Origin: Polymyxa betae A26-41
Taxonomy: Eukaryota > Protista > Endomyxa: Phytomyxea
NCBI GenBank assembly: GCA_003693705.1
Contig: RBZT01000754.1
Coordinates: forward strand, 9,170 to 73,169
Length of the DNA stretch: 64,000 bases
Reading direction: 5' to 3'
This document shows, in pieces, positions 32,986 through 47,341 of the stretch. The notes beneath the pieces are model-generated. The model had not been told where the DNA came from. It saw only the letters and a list, made by a program, of their open reading frames with translations, and searched no databases. Positions within the stretch are counted from its first letter, which is position 1. Each line of letters starts with the position of its first letter. The translations under genes and the position numbers were made by a program.

Positions 32986-35900
32986 GACCCCGCGCAGTTT
33001 TCCGCACTGGGGGTATATTGCACAGTGACGGCACCCTTCTTCACTTCTCTTCGGATGTACGGTTGTGGTATTTGACGTCTATGTGCTTGGATCGGCGCGT
33101 CGTCGTTTCGCTCTAAAATAACGCGATGGCGCTCTGGTTATCCTCGTGGATAATAGTGGGTCCGGGATGTGTCAGGACGCCGGCCTCGTTGATGACTCGT
33201 CGACAGGCACTCAGCTCCTTACAGACCTCGGTCTGGGGATGTATTCAGCTTCGGTTGAAGACAGAGAGACCACCTTATGCTTTCCTGACGACCAACATAT
33301 CGGACCATTCATACGGATCTTTATTAGAAAAGGCTTTATTTCCAGGCAATTGCTTCAGCAATGACCGAATCTATCGGCAATGTAAAACGCCCTCCAATGA
33401 AAACGGCGTTATTGCTGATCTATGGATGTCTTTTCCCACTTAATGACAGAAAAGTCGCTTGAGGTGGATTTCTGTCTTTGGTGTCGTTCGCCCAGTCTGC
33501 ATCCAAGTAAGCCTTGAGAACAGGATCTTGCTCGCTTTGAATTTTATTTCAAAATTTCTTATATTCTGCAGCTAGCGTAGAACTCCCTTCGTCGCGATGA
33601 TGTCTTGACTGTTCGGGGAGTGTACATGCAGGGCGCATTTGTTGACCCCGAAAAAAATATCAGGCCGTGTCGAGACCGCATTGTACATCAGGGATCCGAT
33701 ACATTGCCGGTGAGGAACATCGCCGAGTTGTTTATGATCGTTGACGTTCGTATTCTGATCAGCTTGAATTGCAGGTGCCGACGCCGGTCGACAGTGTTTC
33801 ATTCCGTATTTCTCCAAAAACCTCGATCGCCGCTGTCTGGGACAAAGTGATGTTTTCGGTAATTTTCGTCGATGTCCACCATGATGCCGAGAACCCATTC
33901 GATTTTTATTCAGTCTTTCAGTGTAATAGCGCCGCCTTCTCGGTCATTATTTTACCATATTTTCTATTCTTTCTATCAGCGTACCGACACAATTTCTATC
34001 CAAGGTACACTTTGGATCGATAATACATTGGATCATTACTACTTTTACTACTCTCTCTCACAGCGTCCTCCGCTTCGATAGCATTCTAACTGCATCCTCA
34101 GTAACTTCTTCCTTCTAGCTCTGAGCGCCTGGGATCAACTTCCGGAGTCCTCACATTCAGTTTAAATCTCTTCTCAGCGCGTTCTTCAACTTGGTCATGT
34201 TGTCGACCTTGGTCGCTGCGATTGCAATATCATCCACGTAGAGCGGCAACAGCATGATATTGTCATTGCTTCTCACCTTGAACATGCAGGGCTCTGTTTC
34301 GAGAGGTTTCAGGCCGAACTCTATCAGGAAACTCGAAATTGTTCGCCACCATTTTCTACCGGCTTGTTTAAGGCCGTAAATTACTTTAGTGAGTTTGCAA
34401 ACGAGTTCATGGCCGCTTTTGTCCTTAACCTGGTATCTAACGGGCTGCCGCATGTAAATTTCAGAGCTTAACGTTGAATTTAGGTAAGCAGTACTAGTCG
34501 AGATATCCATGTGGTGGATCACCATCTTCTTCGCAGCTGCAATACAGAAGCAAATTCTCAATCCGGTCAAAGAGATTACGGGCGCAAAAGTCTCCAGGTA
34601 GTCTTCTCTGTGCTTTTGTGAAAATCCTTAAGCGACTAATCGCGCCTTGTAGCTTCTTGGAGTTCCGTCTGCGCTTGTCTTGGATCTTGTACGATTGCCT
34701 TGAGGAGCTGGTAAAAGTTCCCCATGCCTCGTTCAGCTTCATCGAAGCCATCTCCGTTTCCATCGCCGCTCGCCATTCGTCCGCGTCCTCACTCTGAATT
34801 TTTCCGTGAAATTTGCCTGGCGTCTGGTCCTCCGTCGTCATCATGTACAAGTTCTGCTCTGCGAAACGTTGTGGCGTTCGGATTTTTCTCCCGTTTCGCG
34901 ATCTTACTTGATTTCCATGTTTGACATTATTCTTTTCGACTTCATCTTGTTCATTTTCATTTTGTTCTTCATCTTCAGAAATTTGATCGTTATCTTAATT
35001 GTTGCCGTTCTCGTCATCACAATTTTCGTCATCTTGGTTTTCAGTTTCAGTTTCTTCGAATTCTTCATTCGATTTTTGATCACTTCGTCGACGACGATTC
35101 AATTTCCGCAGATAATTGAATCTTGTTCATCAGAGCTGTGGTCATTTTTTTGCTGCACGTTCTCGTTGAAGTTCGTTACGTCCATTGAGACCACGATCCT
35201 TCCGTCCTTCAGCAGCACCATGAATCCGCTCTGATTGGCCGCGAGTCCGAGAAATCTGAATATTTCGGCCTTTCCATCCAACTTCCGTCTCTTCTGGTCC
35301 GGGATCATTACGTACGCCCTGCATCCGAATTCGCGAGCCTTGTTTAAGTTTGGCTTGAGTCCAAAACGGACTTCGCAAGGAGGTTTTTGATTCAATGTTC
35401 CTGATGGTGATGGGTTTCTGACTTAGGCTGCATAGGTGATGGCATAAGTCCAGCACCTTCGCGGAAGACTGTTGTTGGTGATCATGCTTGGTGCTGCATC
35501 GACGATTGTTGTTCGCACGTCCCGAGATGCCGTTGTGTTCCGGAGTATAAACAGTGGATGAAAAACGTTGGATTCCATTGACTTCAAAAAATCTTTCGAA
35601 ATTTTGGTTAACATATTCGGTTCCATTGTCTGAAACAAACTATCGAATTGGTTGGTCCAAACCAGTTTCCGTTCTCAACTGACTATAGAATTTGCTAAAC
35701 ATTTCAAAAACTTCTGATTTTCTTAACATTGTATATATATAGAAATGTGTTGCGAAAAATCATCGAGAAATGTGACAAAATATTTTTCACCATTCAAACC
35801 TTCAGTATCAAGTGGACGGCAAACGTCCGAATGAATAATCTCTCCATCTCGTTTGGAACGAATCGAAACATTACTGGGAGTATGAGAAGGTAAGTGAGCC

Positions 35901-37480
35901 ATTTTACTGAGTGCACAGCCTTGACTTGAAACGTTTGGTGGTTTGCCAGTAGCAACATTGGCGCCAGATTTGTGCAGCTCGTTAATCGAGACGAAGGTGC
36001 CATAACTGGTAAGATGCCGATGGGGTGTTGTTTGATATGGCCATATTGCACTGGTTGCTGTCTTCTAGAATTTTGAAAAGGTTGACTACCAGTACTCCTT
36101 TCCCACGATCCGATTCCTCTTCAACATCATGACGCCGTTCCGGGTGAATGGCACTTCGTTAATGCCGCTGTCCAGCGACTGCGAGACCGAGATCAGGATG
36201 GCTCGAATTTTCGGTACCACTAGAGCGTATTTGATCGTCAAATTTCCGCACTTATAATCTGCCAGTCCTTCTGTTCGAAGTCGTTGCCCATTCCCGATTG
36301 TAATTTCGGAAGCGTCGGAGAATTCGGTGCTTCGAATTAATCTTCCTGCTGTCTCCTTCTTGGCCATGTGGGCCGCTGCTCCTGAATCGATAATCCAAGA
36401 GTTTCCGAACCCGCTTTGACCTCCGTCTTGGTCCGCAATGAAGGCTGCATGGGGAGCATCTTGAGATCTAGAGTTAGTTCGGCAATATCTCGCTATATGA
36501 CCGGTCTTTTGACAACTGTAGCAGTTGATGTTTCCTCGTCCTGTTCGCTGATGGCTTCTGTTGCGCTGAAAGCGCGGGCCATTATTTGTGGCAAATGCTG
36601 CATCTGAACCTCTTCTGTTCCTCGATTTACTCTTGTTGCTGTCAGCCTAGAGAGCCAGAGCTTCGTCATTTAAATATTGAACGACTTCGTCCAATGATTT
36701 TGCTTCGTCGCAATTCTGGTTTCTAATGTATGACGCCGTGTGGTTGAGTTTGTCCGGCAGTTTCTCTAGGATCGCGATTATCACATCATTGTCAGCCAGT
36801 TTTGAATCCATCTGCTCCAGCTCTCGGGCCTTCATCAGGATTGCATCCAGAAAAGACGCCATGCTCTTGAACTCATCATATGGGAGATTATGAAGCTCTT
36901 GCCGCTTCCTGTATTTCTCCCTTCTGCTCTTTCCTTGGTGATAGGACGCCTGGTAGTCCCACATTATCTTCGATGTAGCCTTGGAGATGATCTTGATTTT
37001 CATCTCGTCGTCGATGCATTTTGCAATCTGGGCCACTGCGATTGCTTCTCGACGGTCCCAGTCGTCGATATTCTCTTGAGTGACCGTGCTCCCATCCGCC
37101 ATCACCGGGACTGTCTCTGCTCCCGCGATGATGTTCCATACGTCGGCAGCTTGCGCAGCCAGCTGGAATTCACATGACCGCAAAGCGAAGTTCGATTGCC
37201 CTTGTTTCGCCACTATGAATTTCTGAACGTACGTCAACGTTGTGTTCGAGCTCATTTTGTCCAGCAGGAATCCTTGTCGCAGACATAAACGTGATCTGGG
37301 CCGATAACCTGTTAATGTAAAAATAATTTGCTTGGTAATTAGAAGTGTGTTAGCTAACTGATTAGCCTATTGTGTTGTTATTATTGTCGATACGGTCAGT
37401 ATTGATTCAATTAGGGACGCACGCCTCTGACTCAAATGATACTGGTATGGGCGGCGGGATCATCATCAGCTGCATCAACG
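32985..37480 (-). mobile_element. Ty1/Copia element, near full length (5' LTR ~37310-37480, gag, PR, IN, RT, RH), decayed
   Basis: PBS GGTTATCGGCCCAG (37296-37309); gag 36647-37255; CYSCQKTGHIARYC; WIIDSGA; KRRKLDGKA; YGLKQAGR; LYVDD; SSTEAE; EDNQSAI; KHID. Confidence 0.92.
33922..34155. repeat. Solo LTR with 5-bp TSD TTCAG inside the Copia RT
   Basis: TTCAG|TGTAATAG...GTCCTCACA|TTCAG. Confidence 0.88.
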
Positions 37481-37499
37481 CGTACTTCAGTAAATCTTA

Positions 37500-39260
37500 C
37501 TCGAATTAGGTTCCTTAGCTTTTTTGGCTTAGTCAGTTAAGTAAGACCCTCAAGGCTCAAAATCCTGAAAACCTCAATAAGACCCTCAACCATGGCTGAA
37601 AGTACCCTGGTCTTATTAGCCCGAATTACTGTATGTCCACTGTTGCCTCCTGCATGAGCTATTATAAATCGTCGTATCCTAAGATCTGTGGCTTCTAAAG
37701 GACTCTTCATTGTGCCAGCTCTGCTCACTTTTAGATTGTCATTATTAACGTATGATGCTGATTGTAAAGGTTCTTGCTGAGCCTTTCGAATCTCATCTAC
37801 TGAAGGCCAGATAAAATATTTTTTATGAAGTGGTCTTATTCTATATTCAACTGGAATATCTTTAGAATTAGAGAAAGCAGCTCTAAGTGCCTGAATCTTA
37901 ACAACATTAGTTGATGCAGCCGATCCCCAACGAGTCATCAAATCTGACCAAACGTTATCTTCACCCTTAATGTAATGTATCTCATAATTCAATTTCTGAA
38001 TTTCTAGAGCCCAACGCTGTAGCTCTGAGCCACTGGCTTCGAGACACTATTTGGTGAAAGGATCTGTGTTAAGTTCTTCTGATCAACAAGTAATCTAAAC
38101 GGTCTGTCGTTCATTAGAAAGTAATCAAGCTTATTCAACGCATCAACTCCTGCAAATCCTTCTTTCTCAACAGTTGACCGATCCAATTGAGCGCCTGAGA
38201 GTTTATGTCCACAACCCCGAAAGGTTCATGTCTCTGTTGAGCTACCGGCTTATCAAGATTAGTGAGTGGAATCTGAGTAACAACTGCAGAGCTGTTGCTT
38301 TCATTAGCATCAGTATATAAACATTGCACCATGACTCTTTTTGGATACTCAAACTTCACATGTTGAGCAATAGCTTGCTTTTAACTCTTCAAAAGCTAGT
38401 GCCGCTTTTGCGCTCCATCCATATTAGGTTAGACTAACTTGCCTTTTAAACCTCTTTGACCTTCCTGGTTGACCATTTCCTTTTCAAAAATATTTTATAA
38501 AGCATAAACCTTTGAAATAAACTCTGGAATACTTTTACTCATCCATTGTGCTGCCATTAAAAACTGCTGCAAATCTCTTGCTGTTTTAGGCTGAGGTATC
38601 TCCACTAAAGCATCAATTCGGGCTCGGTCATTTGACAATTTGACACTCCACTAGTAGAAAACAATCTACCACAATACTTGACCTCAGTGGAAAAAACTCG
38701 CACTTCTTTATATTTAATTTAGTATTAAAATGTGCAGCCAATTCAAAAACACTTTCAAAGATGGCAAACCACTGCTCTAATGTCGAAACATGTCCTTGCA
38801 AATCATCTATCCAAATGATAAGCTTATGAAATATCAACTCCTTAAATATTCTAAACATTCTGGACTGAAACTGAATAACAGAACTTAAGGCTACCTGAAT
38901 GGATTTTTTAGGAGCAAAAACGGCTCTATCTGTCATAAGAGAAAACATTAAACATCTCTTATCATTCCTCTGCTAACGGCATAAGCCAAAATCCTTTGAA
39001 TGCGTCTAGTTTAAACCAGTACTTGGAATTGCCTAGATTCGTAACAATGGACTCCAGAAATGGCATTGGCCAAAGGTATTCTCAGACATGGCTTTTACCG
39101 CACGTAAATCTACCCACATCAGAAGACCACCGCCTTCCATTCTTTTGCGACCAAATCATCAGTAAAGTCCTTAAAGAATTGGCTCTGTCCCTGACTATAC
39201 TTTCTAGGTTTGCACTTATCTGGCTTAGCATTCGGTTCAAGTTTGGTTAAAGAAAAAAGT
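37500..39260 (-). pseudogene. Gypsy RT-RNase H-integrase start
   Basis: IWIDDLQGH; LYTDAN; STVEKEGFA; YEIHYIKGEDNVWSDLMTRWG; IIAHAGGNSGH. Confidence 0.88.
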
Positions 39261-39269
39261 GGTATTTGA

Positions 39270-42200
39270 TATCAATATGCTTAGAGCGTTCCTCGGTTCG
39301 AGCGTTGGTGGCAATAGAAATAATTGTCAGAATAAATAGTTGTGGGATTGTTTTGCATATAACCAATTTCAGCTAAAAACTGAAGAATAGAGGTCTGACG
39401 TGATTCTTCAAACATGGAAACATATTCGGCCATCGCAGACGAAGTATCCACAGCTGGTTTGGCCTTGCTCTTCCAACAAACAGGACGGTTGGCCATCTGA
39501 AAAACAAATCCGGTAATTGATCGACGAGTTTCAGGATCATGAGCAAAATTACTGTCAACAAAACCGATTAAATTTGGATGTTCTGAACTCCTCCGAAATT
39601 CCAAAGTCATTTCCATTGTGTCCACTATGTATTGAAGAACACGCCTTGTCATTTTCCAGTGACCTATTACTGGCTTATGCATACACGGCACAACACTCCG
39701 ACCGTCGGAGAAATGCCCGGTCCAGTCCGCGTTGATATCAAAAGAAGACTTCCAACAAGCGTCGCGTACGGAATGTTCTTCATCATAAGCTCTTCCTCTG
39801 GAGTCTTTGGTGAGTAAGAGAACGGCTCATCGGGCATGCTATGCGGAGTGGCGATTGGGTCTTCTGAGGGAGCAATATTAAACACCTGTAGATCCTCTAT
39901 GTACGATTTTTGTTTAAGCCAAATCGATTTGCGATCTTGACTTCTCTGCACCTGCATTCTAAATTACGTTTTGGCTCACCAACATTAGCGATTTTAAACA
40001 TCTTATTCATATCTGAAACCAATTTGTGACGCCTGGTTCGTCATTGTGTACCATTAATTGAGATCATCCACGAACAGGGAAAAATAATGACTTTCTCTCC
40101 GTTCCGTTTTACATAGACACATGGGTCAGATTTAGAGTGCATGAAACCGGCGTCGTCGACACTAAACCTATTAAATGTCTCATTCCAGACCCTTCCGGCT
40201 TGGCGTAACCCGTATAATGCCTTCTTGAGTCGGCAAACAGCCTTCGGTTTTGTTATATCTTCATATCCGGGGGGCTGCTTCAAAAAAATCTCTTCTTTTA
40301 GATGTCCGTTGAGATACGCACTACGACGTCGACTTGTCGTATATACAAGTTGTTCTCCACGGTTAAGGCCAGAAGGATTCGAAGTGATTCCTGTCGAATC
40401 ACAGGTGCAAAAGTCTGGTCATAATCAATGCCGGCTCTCTGGGAGAAGCCCTGAATAACAAGCCTTGCCTTGATTTCTTCACAGTTCCGTTGCAGGAACG
40501 CTTAACACCCAGCGGCATCCGATGGGTTTGCGGCCGTTTGGTAAGTCTGTCAAATTCTAAATTTCTAAATGGGTCAGATTAGTGTACTCTTTCTGGATCG
40601 CAGAAGACAAGTATGCGCGATACGGATTATCGTCATTCAGTTCTTCTTCGATGGTGTTCGGAACCTGGACGTTCAACAACCCTTATAGTAGATGGTATTT
40701 GAGAAGATGTGGAAAGTATTCTATTTAAAACATTGAGAACGACTTTGCAAGGGAGGCTAATCATGTGGTCCACGATATTTAGTTGACGACGACTCCTTGG
40801 TGGGCGAAAATCACCGGTAAATAGCGATCGGGAAGCCTCGGCGTCCGAGAAGGTATCCTGTTTGATAACTGGCTGACAATAAGTTCCGGCTCTCCTCCGG
40901 AGTTTGGTTCGTGGCCTTCGGGAGTTGTATAAAACGTGTCATCAGATGTTAAACATTTCTCGACATTCGGAGTGGCAGCGTCAAAGGCAGGTTGTTCGCA
41001 GTATGGTGATTTTGACGGGTCATCTTGTCTGATGAGTTCATCCAGACAATCGCTTTCGAGGTCGTCGCCATCCGAATCCCTATGGTCAGCACAGCAGGAC
41101 TGAAGTTGCTTCCTCCGTCATCAGATTCTGTGTTCGAGTAGGAATAGTCGAAGTTGTCATTAGTATATTCCACCTGTGATGATATAGGTTCCATTCTGGT
41201 GTCATCCGAAGAAAACTTATCTTCCTCAAACCGCTCATGAATCGCTGTGAAAATCTCCTTAGCAAACGCGTCCATCAGTTTGTAGCCCTTTTGTTGTTGA
41301 GCATATCCGATAAAGATCGCCGTCCGTGCTTTCTGTTCGAGTTTCCTACTTCGTCGCGACGGTATATACGCCCAGCATCTACAGCCAAACACGCGGAGTT
41401 TTAAAGCGGAGGGTTTGTAACCATAGAGGGCCTCATGTGGTGTCATTCCAGAGAACATTGTTCCATTGAGAAGTTGTCCGTGTTCTGTTTCGCAAATAGT
41501 TCGCGGTGCTGATGGCTTCTGCCCACAGTGATTCAGGGTGCCCTGAATGGAAGCGCATGCTCTCGGCCATCTCCATAAGCGTACGGATTAATCTTTCTGT
41601 CATACCCATCTGTTGCTGGTTGTACGGAATTGAAGTTTCATGTATAATACCTTTCTCAGAACAGAACTGCTTGGCCTTCTTACATAAAAATTCCTTGGCG
41701 TTTTCTGTCCTCCAGATCCAAACGGACAAAGTATTTGAAGGTCTGAAAAATTAGACGTTTCCAGGTTAAATTTTTGTAATATCTGTAGGGCTTCGGGCTC
41801 GCGTCTTAGGAAATAAACCCAGTTATAAGAGGTAGCATCATCAACAAATGTCATAAAATACCGGTTACCGCAGAAAGAATGATGTGGCATCGGACCGCAG
41901 ATGTCGCTCCAAACTCTATGTAGAGGTACAGGTGAACTTTCGTTTCTAGAATGGAATGGCGCTCGAGTCATTTTGGATTCTACACAGCTTTCACAGTTTT
42001 TGATATGTTCTTCCACTTCAGGGTTGGTGCTCTTGTAATCAACTCCGCTTACTGATTTTTCGAGCTCGGAGAGTAATCTTCCACGAATGTGTCCATTCCT
42101 GCAATGAACGATAAACTTCGAGACAGCTGCAGCAATAGCCGTAACTGAGCCGCCTTCTGTGTCTTCCAGAGTCGAGAAGTGATAAAGGTTATTATGTTTC

Positions 42201-43497
42201 TTGACACATGTAATAATTTGCACTTGAGAGGTTAAGACATAGCAGTAATCGCCGATAAAGAAAAACGCGATGCCTTTTGAGGTGCTTTGTCCAACAGAAA
42301 TGAAATTCTAAGACAGATCGGGAATATGCAAGCTTTCGCTTAGCGAAAAGCACTGGTCGCCGATATCGATATTCGCAGTTCCTTCACCTTGTATATCAAT
42401 GGCTTGACCATTTCCGATATGACCACTCTATGATTTGAAAAGGTTGCGCTCTCGCATAGCGTGGCGGGACGCTTCGATGTCTATAATTGTCTCCGTAGGA
42501 TTGTGCGTCTCCTTTCCGCATGCATTGATCGACATGTACATTGACACTTGTGGTGTATTCGTCATATCAGGGCGCTTCTCTGGAAATTTGATCCAGCAAT
42601 TCTCAGACGCGCGAAACCTGTGACCGCCTCCTTCTGTTTTGCAGTGCTCGCAACTCTGCCTGTTCTTGGAGGTTGGCTTGAGCGGATTGTATATGGTGGT
42701 TTCGCCTGGATAACTCCACTTCCCGGTTCAATATCATTTGCGTGATGCGCTCAGTTGAAAGGGCATCGGCGTGGCTGTCCGCCGCGGCAATGACTGATCT
42801 GTACTGTCCGGGCCAACCTTGAGTCCGTGAAAAAACCGCTTTCGATGCCTCCTGAATTTCGCGAACAGCATCTTTTGCGCGACTTATGACGGCCTCACAG
42901 GACTCCTCAGGGAGTTTACGCATGTTTGCTACAGTGCGGAATGTCTTCACTGTTGCGGCAGGAGTCTTCCTTAAATAATGAAATTTTAACCTCTTCCATA
43001 GTTCGTGAGCCGCTGTCGCGTTTCGATCGTTGATGAGGTTCAGGACAGAACCTCTGCGTCTGTTAAGGATCTTCGCTCGGGCTTTCATATCCATACGAAT
43101 TCTCACTAGGTTTCGATCCAGCAGCGGAGCCGTTGTTGCAGCGGCGTTGCCGTCCTCATCACCTTCCTGTTCAGTGGCCTTTGAACTTAAATTAATCGCT
43201 TGTAGCGGAGCAATAGTGCTTAAGATTAATGTGGTCGGATCAATCGCGACAACGTGGTCGAGGTCCTTTTCGACCAGTAAGTTGTGATTCTTCTGGACCA
43301 TCCAAGGAAGTTGTCCCCATCGAATTTAGGAACTATGTCTTCGGTTTTCCCCATCTGCGAGAGAATGGGACTCTGAATCGAGAAGGTTATCTAACTGTTT
43401 TATTTCCAAAAATAGGGAAGGGGAAAATAAGGGTCAGCGCGTCACAGAGCCCACGGTAACTGGCTGCATAAAAACGACAATGAAATAGGTAGTTACA
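39270..43497 (-). mobile_element. Ty1/Copia element nested in a Gypsy, decayed
   Basis: gag 42603-43350; CESCVESK..SDICGPM..FVDD; ERLIRTLMEMA; LRVFGC; LKKALYGLRQAGR; VDSNFA..RRSITG; SSAMAEY; YSDN. Confidence 0.9.
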
Positions 43498-43499
43498 GC

Positions 43500-44615
43500 A
43501 ATAAGTGAAACTTGATTAGCACCGCTATCCAAGATTGCAGGAACTCTTAATCCTGATCCGATTTGAGCCAAGATAATTCAGTCAGAGCTCAAGTTCAAGG
43601 CACAAACTATACAATACTTCAGATCTTTCTTGGCCTTTCTATTAACCGACTTCGGTTGCGGACACAAACGTTGTGGATGGCCTAATTGATGACAATCAAA
43701 GCAAGAGAGGTTCTTGCCTTTCTCCGGATCAATATCTACAGATTTATTCTTGCCAGAACTGACAGACTCTGATCGCTGTCGTTTCGTAATGGGCTTGGTT
43801 GCCGCTGGCTCATTGTCCTGGCCTCTAGAGCCTTGGTCACTAGACCCATTCGACTTTCGTTGGTTAGCCTTTCCCAACCGTGAGAGCCGATGCTGCGCAG
43901 CCAATACACGATCATTTTCCACAGCGCGCTTCTTCAGCTTTTTAATACTGAGGCGGAGCTTCACGATTAATCACCAGCGCACCACTGTAATTATTGGAAG
44001 CTTGCGGCATAATCTAATCTTGAGCACCATCAGCAACAGCCTGCTGTTGCCCACCTTGAACATTCCCCCCTTGCTCAGGAAGGACTCTATCAGTTGCACT
44101 AGCCTGCTGATCATTGTCTTGAGGCATCTGATCAATATTGTCCAGATTCATTATTGGCAGGGTCTGAATGACGTTCTCCAGGATGAGAGGCTGCCCAGTG
44201 TGCTGCCACTAAAGATATCTTTAAGGCAATCTACTAAATGCTTATGTTGAGATTGCAATGATGATTGCAGAATCATTAGAGGGATCCGTAAATTGCGTGA
44301 AACCTAAAGTTGTCAGCTGCGAAAGGGCTGTGAGTTGTGGACAGAATCGTAGCGCGCAACCCTCGCAGTTTCCACGCAAGTTCGTAGCCAAACTTGAAGG
44401 GCCACCAGATTTGGTAGTGCTCTGGATCTCGCTACGAGTTTGGTATCGGAAATGTTGCTCGGCGTAATGGTCGACTGTCTACCGAAGAGCATCCTCAACG
44501 GCAATGTCTGCTATAGCCTCTCCTCAATCTGAACTGTCTTCATTAGGGAAACGATGTCGCAATATTCTTCAGAATGAACAGCTTGCGTTGTTGATGTCTT
44601 ACTACCATTGCCATG
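43500..44615 (-). pseudogene. Gypsy gag + protease start (probably the 5' part of the 37500-39260 element)
   Basis: Zinc knuckle CFDCHQLGHPQRLCP and protease PAILDSGAN (~43515-43545), cut by the Copia insertion. Confidence 0.75.
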
Positions 44616-44689
44616 ATACAGCGAGACAATAAAAACTGTTATCCAAATTATTCCTGCAGCGGTTTGGAACAGGGTCGGACTGTACAGCA

Positions 44690-46260
44690 GGCTATATTGA
44701 TAATTGTATTGAACTGATATCTAGATGATTATCGATTTCAATCAATAGTATCCCGAGTGCAGTTTCCATGAGGAGCATCTCAAACACCGTGTAAAAGCAA
44801 CGCTTAAGGAGCTGAACACAGGCACACCAAATGCCAAAGAAGGCCAAACGATAGCACTTCAGAGCGACCAGTTCATCCAGAAGGTTAAAGAATATGAAAC
44901 TTTCGCTCAACGAAACATCATTAACAAACGAATGAAGCTGATCGAAAGCAAATGTGAGCTCCAGCAGCGCGTCAAGCAGACAAGTCAGAAAATTTGCAAG
45001 CGGATAAAATCAAGCCTATCGAACCTAAAATCTCCAAGATGACACTTTTGCAGCAGCAAGTTGCCTCTGTGAAAGAAAAGGCAGACGAGCTCAAAACCGC
45101 AACGAAAGCGATTGCTAATCGATTGGATATGGAGCAGCTCAACATTTCGTTCCTGTTGGGAGTGTTCAGTAAAGAAGAAATGGAGCAAAGATCCGAAGTA
45201 TTCTGAAGTTATAGCCACGTGCTTCGCCGTCAATAAACTCTGATGCTTAATTACAGTTTCGTTACGTAGATAATCTCCCTCCCAGCCAAAGATATCATCA
45301 TCATCTGCCCGGTACTCTCCAACGTCAATGGAGAAATCGAGCGGCCTTTCATCATCCTATTTAACTTGCGTTTCATTGCTCCAATGCCCCATTCTACCTG
45401 GATTCGGTATCCGGCGTTCATCTCATTATAAGCGTTTATCACTGACAGTTCATTTTCATCAGCATCATCATGAATCTGCCGGCGATCAACCCTTCGCATT
45501 AATGAAGGTATTCCCCCATGTAACCTGGATCGCTTAAGAGATATCCTTGGCAATCTTCAGTTATAGTGAAGAAATTCTTCCAGTTGTCACTGATATCTGA
45601 ATGCCTCAAACTGTTCGCCTCGTGGAAAGTTCCAGGGTATCCCGGATCAATGTGAATAAACAGACCTTGATGATCCACAACGACAATATTATTCAGGCAG
45701 TAAATCGACTTTCGACCATAATAGCACAGCTTGTGGTTTGCATTCTCGCCACCAGGTTTCTGAATCTTGCAGAGCGTACCATCGATGAATCCAATACTCC
45801 CGGAAATTCAGCTCTCGGGCTAATCTCGATTTTTTCTCAGCATCGGGTCAAACAAACTCGCGATCGCAAGCATAGTCATTACATGATGCTATAAATACAG
45901 CATCGTCACAAACAGGAACTCTTCGCCCAATTCCATTGGAAAGCTTCGAATACTGTTGTATTATCGTGTTTCAGAAAAAGCAAAAAAGCCAACAGTCGTT
46001 GCTGAGAATTTAACTTCGGTGGTCATCCTGAACCTGGAATTACGTCGCCAGTCGAACGAGCATGAGTATCAGTAATCGGGCAAACAATGGAAGAGAGCTC
46101 TTCAAATTCTGTCGTAGTAAAATTTGGTCAAGACTTTAAAAACTGATGGCACGATTCTCATCGTCTCCAGCACGTTTCTAACTCCTTATGCATGATCGAC
46201 TGTTTGCTGACAGTCTTTGCATTTTAGCAACTCGAAAACCGTTGCAGAAACGATTGAAAG
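44690..46260. mobile_element. PIF/Harbinger element (partner + ~44700-45206; transposase - ~45250-46250)
   Basis: IGFIDGTL...GRKS..VVDHQG...DPGYPGTFHE; AGYRIQVEWGIGAMKRK. The partner ends EQLNISFLLGVFSKEEMEQRSEVF*. Confidence 0.85.
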
Positions 46261-46304
46261 GGCTTTAAAATGTTTGGCAATCAGTAAGTAATAGTCTAGC
46301 ATGA

Positions 46305-46379
46305 TGTCATCGCCAAATCCTGTCATCGCCAAATCCTGTCATCGCCAAATCCTGTCATCGCCAAAGTCTGGCATCGCCA
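46305..46379. repeat. 16-bp tandem repeat (TGTCATCGCCAAATCC x ~4.7)
   Basis: Three perfect plus two diverged units. Possibly a transposon subterminal array. Confidence 0.9.
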
Positions 46380-46488
46380 TACCATTCTACATTGCCATAG
46401 CAACTCACAGCCAAATGCATAGATAAGCCTCTTCAAATACGGAATCCACATAAACTCGTAGTCTGCCACGCACTTTTGTCAGAACCGC

Positions 46489-46699
46489 TGTTGAACTCAT
46501 AATTTAGTTACGGATCCCTCTATTATATTTGATAGATTACAAGCACTTAAATATAGAATCGGAGAAGGCTCGGAGGCTGTCCAGTTCATCGGAGTTGAAT
46601 ATGCATCGGAGCCTATATTCATCGGAACAGGAGGTTAGCAGTCATCATTTCAATTAAATACTTCGATACTAGTCAATATATAGCGTAAATATTGATACA
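46489..46699 (-). repeat. LTR-like sequence of the TGTRTCAAT family
   Basis: Minus strand reads TGTATCAAT...GTTCAACA, with CTAACCTCC, CTCCGA repeats and GCTTGTAATC shared with 28935-29122. No TSD. Confidence 0.6.
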
Positions 46700-46970
46700 G
46701 GCAGCATTCTGTCTAGAGACAGCACTCACATAGTACGGCTTGGGTTGCAAGGAAAAGTTTACTGGAGCCACAAATGCCAGCTCGCGATGAACATGATTTT
46801 GACGTTTGATCATTATCGTCAGATTCGCGATATGATAGCAGGATGGCCAGGCTCTGTTCATGATACCAATGCCTGCGGATCTCGATTGGTTCAAAAGAGA
46901 CTAGACAGGTTCTTTTCACCTGGGCAGTATCAGCTGGTTGACTCAGGGTTTACCATCACTAAGGCAGGTG
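46700..46970 (+). pseudogene. HARBI1-like Harbinger transposase fragment
   Basis: DSTHI...YWSHK...MN....D..R.IR....GWPGSVHD...YQLVDSGF. Confidence 0.8.
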
Positions 46971-47341
46971 CTTGTCCCATATCGGCAACCAGCCGCGATG
47001 AAGCATTTAATTGCGATGGCGATCTCTACGTGGCCTCTCTGTATGCATTAACAGCTGTTTTTAACACCATGATGAATGGTCAAACATCGTTTCTGTAACA
47101 ATTCGAGATGAATCTCTGGATTGCGATTGGGATGCCCTATATAGATCGCTAGAGTTACTCGCGATTTCGAAAGAGCGTTGATGACTGCGATCAAAGGTAA
47201 AAAATAGCTGACAGAACGGACGCGCTGAGGAGCGTTTGGTCAACAGACATTGATTATTTGCTGTCTGTTCCACGGGCAACAGGCCAACCGCAGGAACATT
47301 GAAAAAATGCAGGGAACGGAGCAGACGATTCACAAATTAAT

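Noticed and set aside
34806-35234. Membrane protein ORF on the + strand
   Set aside because: It is the antisense shadow of the acidic Copia IN-RT linker. Many other short ORFs in the track are similar shadows.
46305-46379. Telomeric repeat or mini-CRISPR
   Set aside because: A short internal 16-bp tandem with no spacers, and not a known telomere unit.
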